Source: Candidatus Eiseniibacteriota bacterium
GTDB taxonomy: Bacteria; Eisenbacteria; RBG-16-71-46
DNA length: 64,000 nt
Direction: 5' to 3'
Assembly: GCA_038231135.1 (NCBI GenBank)
Contig: JBBRLX010000001.1
Span: forward strand, 32,001-96,000
Made by a program: the position numbers and the translations under genes. Shown in pieces: positions 1 through 7,364 of the stretch (positions are counted from its first letter, which is position 1; every line of letters begins with the position of its first letter). A model generated the notes under the pieces. That model was not told the DNA's origin. It saw nothing but the letters and a program-made list of their open reading frames with translations, and ran no database searches.

Positions 1-1035
1 TTCGTGGAGCAGGTCGAGCGCACGTCGCCCGCACTCCAGAGCGGCGCCGATCAGGCGCGTGCCCTCGCCCGGCTCGAAGCCGATCATCCCAACCTGCTGG
101 CCGCGCTGGCCTCGTGCGAGGACACCGCGGACGGCTCCCGCCAGGCGTTGAGGCTGGCCGGGTCGGTGTGGCTGTTCTGGTACATACGCGGCCACTTCAC
201 ACGCGGCCGCGAAGCGCTGGCAAGAGCACTCGCCCTGCCCAGCGCCCCGACGCTGGCGCCGGCGCGCGCCCAGGCCATGTACGCCGCGGGCGGGCTCGCG
301 CTGTTCCAGGGCGACTACGCGGAAGGGCGGCGCCTGAGCCGTGCGGCGATCGAACTCTATGAGCAGCTCCACGACTCGCTGGGTCTCGCGCGATCGCTGG
401 TACATCTCGGCCTGTGCGAAAGCGGTGAGCAGCGTTATGCCGAGGCTCGCGACCACACCCGGCGAGCCATCGAGATGTTCCGTGGGCTGGGCGAGGAGCG
501 GCGCCTGTCGGTGGCGCTCAACAACCTCGGGGTGTTCGAGCGCCAGCAGGGCGACTTCGCCGCGGCGTTTCCCCATCACGAGGAGGCCCTCGCATTGCTC
601 GAGCAGGCCGGCGACCAGGATGGCATGCTCGTGACGCGCGTGAATCTCGCCCTCGCCTCCACGCGGCTCTGCCGCGAGGCGATCGCCGGGCGGCACATCG
701 ACGCCGCGCTGGAGCTGGTGCAGGAGCTCAAGGCCCGGCGGTCCGGCGCTGCCGCGCTCGAGGTGGCAGCCGAAGTGCTGGCGAACCGCGGACTCACCGC
801 CGAGGCCACGCGACTGTTGGGCACCGCGCGGGCGCTGCGAGCCGCGATCGGCCTCGCGCCCGATGCCGGTTGGCGCCGGGTGCTGGACCCGCTCGCGGTG
901 CGATTGCAGGCGGGATCCGGCTCGGAACGGTTCGAGCGGTGGATCGCGGAAGGAACGGACAGACCGTTCGAGGAGTCCGTTCGGGAGGCGCGGCGATGTC
1001 TTGTGCGCGCGACGATGCTGGAGGGGGGGGCATGA
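1..1035 (+). CDS. TPR-containing C-terminal part of a predicted ATPase/NB-ARC (AfsR/COG3903-like) regulator, 5'-truncated by the window edge
   Basis: ARLEADHPNLLAAL, LRLAGSVWLFW and repeated TPR helices (ALNNLG, SLVHLG); frame is open from the window start. Confidence 0.75.
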   Translation, partial: FVEQVERTSPALQSGADQARALARLEADHPNLLAALASCEDTADGSRQALRLAGSVWLFWYIRGHFTRGREALARALALPSAPTLAPARAQAMYAAGGLALFQGDYAEGRRLSRAAIELYEQLHDSLGLARSLVHLGLCESGEQRYAEARDHTRRAIEMFRGLGEERRLSVALNNLGVFERQQGDFAAAFPHHEEALALLEQAGDQDGMLVTRVNLALASTRLCREAIAGRHIDAALELVQELKARRSGAAALEVAAEVLANRGLTAEATRLLGTARALRAAIGLAPDAGWRRVLDPLAVRLQAGSGSERFERWIAEGTDRPFEESVREARRCLVRATMLEGGA

Positions 1036-2468
1036 CCACCACGCTGCTTGAGCGCGCCCTGCGCACGATCGACATGGGCCGGGCCGCATTCATACTCGTC
1101 GCTGCGTCGCTGATCGTCGCCGGCTTCGAGGCGCCCCCGGCGTTCGCACGCGACCTCTGCCCGGGGTGCCAGGCCGAGAACGATACCTCGTCTTCACCGG
1201 GCAACATCGGGAGCCCGCGCTGGCCGGTGGACCGGGCGGTCACGCCGCCCATCGTGTTCGTGGCGAAGGACTCGGAGGTGCATTGTGCGCTCCCCGCCGG
1301 CGATACCTGGATCATCGAGACCGTCGATCCCATCCCCGGCGCAGGCGGGTGCTCGATCACGCTCGACGACGCGCACGATCCCCTGATCGCCTATCACGAC
1401 CGGAACGGCATGCTATTCTGGTCGCGTCGGCTGTCCTCCGGCTGGACGAAGGTTCCCATCGACCGCGGCAGCTTCGTTCCGGGCTCGACCTCGATTGCCC
1501 GGGTGCCCGCGGGGCTCGCGATCGCCTACGTGGATGCCGCCGCCGGAATTCTTCGCTACGCCGAGCAGGACGCCAGCGGGGCATGGCACATCGAGAGCGT
1601 GGCGCCGGCCATCGGCGTCGAGGCATACCCGTCGCTCGTGGTCGACGGGAGCCTGCGGGCGATCAGCTACTACGACCCCGCGCGCCACGATCTGCGGCTG
1701 GCCTTGCGCACGATCGTGGGTGGGTGGACCACGCAGACGATCGACAACTCCGCCGACGTGGGCGGCTACAGCAGCCTGGTCGGGCAGCCGTCGCAAGGCG
1801 TCGTCGGCGTGGCGTATTACGACTTCACGCACGGCGACCTGCGCTACGCCCACGGCAGCCCCGGCGGAGGATTTACCGTCCAGACGGTCGATGCCGGCGG
1901 CGACGTGGGCCGGTTCTGCTCGGCCGTCGCGTTCGCCGGGACCGCCCAGGATCATGTCGGGATCACCTATTACGACCGGGACCACGGCGATCTCAAGTAC
2001 GCGCTCCTGCAGGGCGAAACGTGGTCGCTCCTGACGCTCGACGCGGCGGGGGACGTGGGGAGACATGCGAGTTGTGGCGGAACGCTCGTTCCCGGAGACA
2101 CCCTGGGAGTCGCCTACGTCGACAACGGCACGGGTACGCTCAAGTATCTGCTGCGCACGCGTAACGTGACGGCGGTGCCGGCGCCACCCGTGCCGCACGG
2201 CGCCATGCACGTCACCTGGGAGCGGACGAGCGCCGGGGGCCGGATTCGATTCAACCTGGCGTCTGCGGGGCCGGTGCGCGTCACGATCTACGATGCGCAG
2301 GGTCGCCGGATCGCCGCCCCGTTCACGCACGAGTTGCCGGTGGGTGCCGCGGAGGTCGATTGGAACGGGCGGGATAGCCAGGGTCTGGCGGTGCGTTCCG
2401 GCGTGTGCTTCGTGCGCGTGGCGGCGGGCGGGGAGTCCGGAGTGGCGGCGGCGGTGCTGGTAAGGTAG
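1032..2468 (+). CDS. Secreted beta-propeller-repeat protein with C-terminal FlgD-Ig/T9SS-like domain
   Basis: ATG overlaps the upstream stop (ATGA) after a G-rich RBS; signal-like segment; repeats IDNSADVGGYSSL / VDAGGDVGRFCSA / LDAAGDVGRHASC; C-terminal IYDAQGRRI...WNGRDSQG...SGVCFVRV. Confidence 0.75.
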   Translation: MTTTLLERALRTIDMGRAAFILVAASLIVAGFEAPPAFARDLCPGCQAENDTSSSPGNIGSPRWPVDRAVTPPIVFVAKDSEVHCALPAGDTWIIETVDPIPGAGGCSITLDDAHDPLIAYHDRNGMLFWSRRLSSGWTKVPIDRGSFVPGSTSIARVPAGLAIAYVDAAAGILRYAEQDASGAWHIESVAPAIGVEAYPSLVVDGSLRAISYYDPARHDLRLALRTIVGGWTTQTIDNSADVGGYSSLVGQPSQGVVGVAYYDFTHGDLRYAHGSPGGGFTVQTVDAGGDVGRFCSAVAFAGTAQDHVGITYYDRDHGDLKYALLQGETWSLLTLDAAGDVGRHASCGGTLVPGDTLGVAYVDNGTGTLKYLLRTRNVTAVPAPPVPHGAMHVTWERTSAGGRIRFNLASAGPVRVTIYDAQGRRIAAPFTHELPVGAAEVDWNGRDSQGLAVRSGVCFVRVAAGGESGVAAAVLVR

Positions 2469-2595
2469 AACCGCGGAGGGGGACTGGCCCCGGATCCGGA
2501 AGCGTGGTGAAATGCGGTGGTCATCCCGCATGCTCATCGCCGCCCACGATCACAACCGCCACCGTCCCTGCTGCCCTGAACAGGAGTCCACGTCG

Positions 2596-4653
2596 ATGAA
2601 GCCGTCCCTCCGTTCGATCGCTGCGCTTGCCTTGTGTGCCGGCGCCGTTTGCGCCGCCGCCGCTGCTCCCAAGCCCGCCCACCCGGCCGCGGGATCCGAC
2701 GTGCTCGCCGCGCACCGCAATACCGCGGTGAGTCCGGCCGCCGACTTCTTCGAATACTCGAACGGACTGTGGCTGCAGCAGCATCCGATTCCCGCCTCCG
2801 AGAACTCGTGGGGCATCGGGCGCGAGGTGCAGAACGAGACTTACGCCCGCCTGCTCACGATCAGCCAGTCGGCCGCGGGGGCACACGCCGCGCCCGGGAC
2901 CGAAGCCCAGAAGATCGGCGACTTCTGGGCGACCGCCACGGACTCGGTGCTTGGAGAGCATGTGGGCCTGGTACCCCTGCGTTCCGAACTGGACCGCATC
3001 GACGCGGTGCGCGACGTCGCCGGCATCCTCGATGCCACCTTCGCGCAACTGCCGCTGGGAACCGGAGCGTTCTTCGGGCTGCGCGTGGGGCAGGACCAGA
3101 AGGCCAGCGACGTGATCGCGGTTGGGCTGGGCCAGGGCGGCCTCGGCTTGCCGGACCGCGATTTCTACTTCAAGCCCGATTCGAACTCGATGCGCGTCCG
3201 CGCCGCCTACCCCGGTCATGTGCAGAAGATGCTCGAGCTGGCGACGCCCGCCGCAGCCGCGCGTCGCGGCGCGGGCACCGCGGTCGTCGCGTTCGAGACC
3301 GCGCTGGCCCGCGTCTCGCGCACCCGTGCCGACCGCCGCGACCCCGAGAAGAACTACAACAAGCTGGGCGTCGGCGACGTCACCGCGAAGCTCACGCCGT
3401 CCGTCGACTGGTCGAGCCGCCTGCCGGCGTTGGGGCTCACGAACGTGACCTACATCATCGTGGGGCAGCCGGAGTTCTACACTGCGCTCGACAGCCTGCT
3501 GCACGCCACGCCGGTCGAGGTGCTCAAGGACTACATGCGCTACCACCTGGTCTCGGCGTACGCCGACTACCTGGGCGGAGCCGTGGAGGCCGAGGACTTC
3601 GCGTTCTACGGCACGATCCTGTCGGGCCAGCAGGTGCAGCGGCCGCGCTGGAAGCGCGCGCTCGACGCCGAGGAGAACGCCCTCGGCATGGTGCTCGGCA
3701 AGTTGTACGTGAAGGAGTACTTCTCGCCGCAGGCCAAGGAGCGGTACAGCCGGATGGTCGAGGACATTCGAACCGCGTATCGCGATCGCATCGGCCGGCT
3801 CGACTGGATGAGCGACGCCACCAAGCAGAAGGCGCTCGACAAGCTGGCAAAGGTCGGCAAGAAGGTCGGCTACCCCGACAAGTGGAAGGACTATTCGGCG
3901 CTCACGATCGGGCGCGAGTCCTGGGCGGCGAACATGATGAGCGCGTCGCGCTGGCAGTTCGCCGACCGCGTCTCGAAGTTCGGCAAACCGGTGGATCGGA
4001 CCGAGTGGAACATGACGCCGCAGACCTACAACGCCTACTACAGCCCGTCCAACAACGAGATCGTGCTGCCGGCCGCCGCATTCGCGATTCCGGGTGTGTC
4101 CGACGCCAACGCCGATGACGCGATGACCTACGGATACGCGGCGGCGTCGACGATCGGCCACGAGATCACGCACGGGTTCGACGACCAGGGCCGGCAGTAC
4201 GACGCCAGCGGCAACCTGAAGAGTTGGTGGACGCCCGAGGATGAGACCAGGTTCAAGGCCCGCGCCCAGCGCATCATCGACCAGTTCGACGCCTACGAGC
4301 CGCTCCCCGGGATGCACATCAACGGCCGGGCGTCGACCGGCGAGAACATCGCGGATCTCGGCGGCGTCCTGCTCGGTCTCGACGCGTTCAAGAAGACCGC
4401 GCAGTACAAGGAGGGTGAATCGATCGCCGGGCTGACGCCGACCCAGCGATTCTTCCTGGGCTATGCGCTGAGCTGGATGGACCAGACGCGCCGGGAGATG
4501 CTGGCCCAGCGGCTGCTGTCCGACGTTCACGCGCCGGCCAAGTGGCGCGTGCTGGGGCCGCTCGCGAACGTTCCCGAGTTCTACGCGGCATTCGGCGTCA
4601 AGCCCGGGGATCCAATGTGGCGGCCGGACAGTACGCGCGTCAGCATCTGGTAG
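2596..4653 (+). CDS. pepO: M13 family (neprilysin/PepO-like) zinc metallopeptidase, secreted
   Basis: AGGAG RBS, signal peptide, NAYY, HEITHGFDDQG zinc motif, GENIADLGG. Confidence 0.93.
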   Translation: MKPSLRSIAALALCAGAVCAAAAAPKPAHPAAGSDVLAAHRNTAVSPAADFFEYSNGLWLQQHPIPASENSWGIGREVQNETYARLLTISQSAAGAHAAPGTEAQKIGDFWATATDSVLGEHVGLVPLRSELDRIDAVRDVAGILDATFAQLPLGTGAFFGLRVGQDQKASDVIAVGLGQGGLGLPDRDFYFKPDSNSMRVRAAYPGHVQKMLELATPAAAARRGAGTAVVAFETALARVSRTRADRRDPEKNYNKLGVGDVTAKLTPSVDWSSRLPALGLTNVTYIIVGQPEFYTALDSLLHATPVEVLKDYMRYHLVSAYADYLGGAVEAEDFAFYGTILSGQQVQRPRWKRALDAEENALGMVLGKLYVKEYFSPQAKERYSRMVEDIRTAYRDRIGRLDWMSDATKQKALDKLAKVGKKVGYPDKWKDYSALTIGRESWAANMMSASRWQFADRVSKFGKPVDRTEWNMTPQTYNAYYSPSNNEIVLPAAAFAIPGVSDANADDAMTYGYAAASTIGHEITHGFDDQGRQYDASGNLKSWWTPEDETRFKARAQRIIDQFDAYEPLPGMHINGRASTGENIADLGGVLLGLDAFKKTAQYKEGESIAGLTPTQRFFLGYALSWMDQTRREMLAQRLLSDVHAPAKWRVLGPLANVPEFYAAFGVKPGDPMWRPDSTRVSIW

Positions 4654-4719
4654 AAGGCGCGGCGGCAGCGCATTGAGCTGCATACCACGGCTTATCGGCG
4701 CCGGCGCCCGAGCGCGTCG

Positions 4720-5820
4720 CTATCGGCCCATCAGGTGTGGCAGCGGATCGGCGAGCAGGTAGGGCCAGATCGTCTCGTGCGGAGCGACGAACCCGCTGCC
4801 CAGCGGCCACCGGCAGCACGCGCGCAGCGATGACCTCGCCTGGAGGAATCGCTGCGCGCGCGGGCGTGGCGGCGCGAAGTCGATGCCGAGCGCCGCGAGG
4901 CATGCGAGCTGCGGGAAGTCGACGCCCGCCGCGTGGGACGCCAGCAGGCTCGACCAGTACCGTGGATTGATTTCGAGCACGGACAGGCTGCCGTCGCGCT
5001 CGTCCACGCGCAGGTCGACGTTCGCGATGCCCGACCAGCCGAGTGCCGCAACCAGGCGGCGAACGAGCTTCGACGCTTCCGGATGATCGAGCATCTCGAG
5101 CTGCGTTGGCGTCGAGAAGCCCCTCGCGGCGCCGATCGACTGTTGAACCGTCTGCGCGAGCACCACTCCATCACGGCACAGCACGCTCGAGCCCATGTCG
5201 CGGCCAGGGACGAACTCCTGGACCACGAATCGATGTGCCATTTCCGGATGGGCTTCGAGGAAGCGCAGGAGGGAGTCGGGATCCGCGAACGTACGAATGC
5301 CGTAGCCGCCGGTCATGAGCCGCGGCTTGATCAGCACGGGGAAGGCTCCAAGTTGCCGCTGGAATGCCGCGTCGGCCGTGTACAGCAGCGTCGGCGGATG
5401 CGGAATGGCGGCGTCGCGGAGGATCTCGACGAGACGCCACTTGTCGTCGATCGCGAGCGTGCCCTCGAAGGGAGCCAGTGCGACGCGGCCACGCAGCTCA
5501 TCGCCTCTGGCCTGGAGGAGCCGCATGCCGGTCTGGCAGACCGGCAGCACCACGTCGGCCCGAACGCGATCGATCAGCGTCCGCACGACATCGAAGCGCG
5601 CTTCCGGCTCGCCCGGGGGCATGACGGTGAACGATGCGCAGTACCGCGACCAGTGCACCCGCGCCCTGGCATCGTTCGCGACGACATGGACGCGATGCCG
5701 CCGATGCCGCCCGAGACAGGTGGCGACGGGGAGTGCGAAGTGACTCTCGCCGTCAGGGATGACGATGACGATCTCGCTGGCATCGGGTCGCGCGTGCAGC
5801 AGTGGCTCGGGCATCAACAT
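4720..5820 (-). CDS. ATP-grasp domain carboxylate-amine ligase
   Basis: FPVLIKPR..GGYG, VVQEFVPG, GIANVDL, LEINPRYWSS; start moved to the ATG at 5820. Confidence 0.88.
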   Translation of the reverse strand: MLMPEPLLHARPDASEIVIVIPDGESHFALPVATCLGRHRRHRVHVVANDARARVHWSRYCASFTVMPPGEPEARFDVVRTLIDRVRADVVLPVCQTGMRLLQARGDELRGRVALAPFEGTLAIDDKWRLVEILRDAAIPHPPTLLYTADAAFQRQLGAFPVLIKPRLMTGGYGIRTFADPDSLLRFLEAHPEMAHRFVVQEFVPGRDMGSSVLCRDGVVLAQTVQQSIGAARGFSTPTQLEMLDHPEASKLVRRLVAALGWSGIANVDLRVDERDGSLSVLEINPRYWSSLLASHAAGVDFPQLACLAALGIDFAPPRPRAQRFLQARSSLRACCRWPLGSGFVAPHETIWPYLLADPLPHLMGR

Positions 5821-5827
5821 GTCGTCG

Positions 5828-5835
5828 TTATCGGC
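5828..5835 (-). promoter_or_regulatory. sigma28-like -10 element GCCGATAA, 7 nt upstream of the ATP-grasp ATG (leaderless-type geometry)
   Basis: Minus strand reads GCCGATAA-cgacgac-ATG; no convincing -35. Confidence 0.4.
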
Positions 5836-5924
5836 ACGCGGATCGCGCGACAGCGGGGAAACATCGTCGGCGGGAGAGGCACGCCGGCGCTCCCCATAGC
5901 CGGCGCTTCGTGACAAAGCTCAGG

Positions 5925-6491
5925 TCACGGCAGGAGCGGGTCTCGCGGTGCGGCCGCTCTTGCCGCAGCGACCGGCTGGAGCGATGCGAGGTAGGCTCTT
6001 GCATCCTGGACCACGGGTGGCCCGAGCGTTTCGGAGAACAGGTCGAAGGGAACGACCTGGGCGTTTCCGCCCGGGGAATTCGCGCGCAGGTAGAACGCCT
6101 CGACGAACAGGCTGGGCATGATGAGCAGGTTGAGTGTGTAGCCTCCATGCGCCAGCTCCGGCAGCGCGCCCATTTGCTGGATGCGCCTCCAACCCCATTC
6201 CGCCCATTCGCCGTCGAGCATGTTGCGGAACCTGGCGTTCCCATAGTCCCTGGGATTCGTCATCTCACACGATACCGTGCCGATAGGAGGCGGATAGCTT
6301 GCGTAGAAGCGACATCCGGAGGGCGCTTCGGCGGCGGTCCCGAGCGATCGCACCACGGCGTCGAGAGGTATCGCGTACACGGGCACGTGCACGGCGCTGT
6401 CATCCGGTGGCGGCGTTCCGACGAGGTCGAGGAATCCGTCCCGGTAGGTTTGGAGCACTTGCGGCGATGGCGTCACGAACTCGAGCGGCAT
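5925..6491 (-). CDS. Hypothetical protein, partner of the adjacent papain-like protease
   Basis: Starts 1 nt after the protease stop; globular composition (VPVYAIPLD, LPEL...LLIMPSLFVEAFYL). Confidence 0.75.
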   Translation of the reverse strand: MPLEFVTPSPQVLQTYRDGFLDLVGTPPPDDSAVHVPVYAIPLDAVVRSLGTAAEAPSGCRFYASYPPPIGTVSCEMTNPRDYGNARFRNMLDGEWAEWGWRRIQQMGALPELAHGGYTLNLLIMPSLFVEAFYLRANSPGGNAQVVPFDLFSETLGPPVVQDARAYLASLQPVAAARAAAPRDPLLP

Positions 6492-6492
6492 G

Positions 6493-7086
6493 TCAGCGCT
6501 TTCCCGCGGGGGGCTTCACCAGGAACGAGTACGCCCACACGCCCTGTCCATCCTGGTAGCCACCCTCGTCCCCGCTCTGCGAGGCGAATACTTGGTAGGG
6601 ATGGTGGGAGCGTGACGAGGGGTAAAGCGGGTTGCGGACGAATACGTATGGGGTTCCCCGCGCGGACACCGAGTAACCCACGATTATGATGAAGTGACCG
6701 CGCCCGTCGTCCCGCCAGCGGATGAGCACACAAATCGGGCGGCCGGCGTCGATCTCGGTGGAGATCACGCTGAACGCCACCGGACCTTTGACCCACTTGT
6801 TGTCGTGCGTCCCCGGCGGCTGAGCCAGAACCTCCATGCGTTCGAGGACCTTGTGCAGGTAGCCGGGCCGGTTACACTTCGAACCCCAGCCCGCCCCGGC
6901 ACGCCCGTCCTCGCAGCAGCTCTCCTTGAATTGTTTGCCGACGATCTCGCACTGCGATTCGGGGGCGAGCCCGAAGTGAAGGGCGACTCCTTGCGACACC
7001 GCGGCCCAGCACCATTCCGATGCCTGCTGCTTCGGGAGCCGCAGGTCGAGCGGTTTGGATCTCGGCGTTTCGGGATCGGACTTCAT
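6493..7086 (-). CDS. Papain-like cysteine protease (AvrRpt2/C70- or C39-like)
   Basis: QQASEWCWAA (oxyanion Gln + catalytic Cys), EIDAGRPI, GHFIIIVGY (His), FVRNP (Asn); no signal peptide. Confidence 0.85.
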   Translation of the reverse strand: MKSDPETPRSKPLDLRLPKQQASEWCWAAVSQGVALHFGLAPESQCEIVGKQFKESCCEDGRAGAGWGSKCNRPGYLHKVLERMEVLAQPPGTHDNKWVKGPVAFSVISTEIDAGRPICVLIRWRDDGRGHFIIIVGYSVSARGTPYVFVRNPLYPSSRSHHPYQVFASQSGDEGGYQDGQGVWAYSFLVKPPAGKR

Positions 7087-7107
7087 GGATCGATGCCGAT
7101 GGACGGC

Positions 7108-7317
7108 CTACTTCCTGGCGGTCTTCTTCGACGATCGCCGTTTGGGGCCGCCACCGCCAGTGAGGTCGCCGCCGCTACCCTGGTTGCCACCGCCGCCTCG
7201 CATGGTGGAACTGCGGGCGGACGTCTTCGCGGCCTTCTTGCTAGCCGTCCGCTTCTTCCCGCCGCGGTCGCCGCCGCCGCCGGTCAGGTCGCCACCACTG
7301 CCTTGATTGCCTCCCAT
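7108..7317 (-). CDS. 69-aa precursor-like peptide with two identical GGNQGSGGDLTGGGG cores and basic spacers
   Basis: AGGGGGG RBS before the ATG; co-oriented between kinase and protease; the two cores differ only at synonymous positions. Confidence 0.8.
   Translation of the reverse strand: MGGNQGSGGDLTGGGGDRGGKKRTASKKAAKTSARSSTMRGGGGNQGSGGDLTGGGGPKRRSSKKTARK
7147..7314 (-). repeat. Two copies of a 45-bp coding repeat (about 7270-7314 and 7147-7191)
   Basis: GGA GGC AAT CAA GGC AGT GGT GGC GAC CTG ACC GGC GGC GGC GGC versus GGT GGC AAC CAG GGT AGC GGC GGC GAC CTC ACT GGC GGT GGC GGC. Confidence 0.9.
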
Positions 7318-7364
7318 GGACGCCCCCCTGCCAAGAGTGATGTGAATCGGTACCCTGACCGACT

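Noticed and set aside
2521..4683. 720-aa ORF antisense to the M13 peptidase
   Set aside because: In-register shadow ORF. The GCCGATAA-N8-ATG at its start is noted, but the translation is not protein-like.
7055..7306. Plus-strand Pro-rich ORF with PPPPVRSPPLP x2
   Set aside because: It shares wobble positions with the minus-strand peptide, so it mirrors the repeat. One copy has TGG>TGA, and it lacks the RBS and operon context of the minus ORF.
4720..7317. Calling the cluster a classical graspetide (microviridin/plesiocin) locus
   Set aside because: The peptide has no N-terminal leader or PFFARFL-like motif, and the ATP-grasp motifs are not MvdC/D-like.
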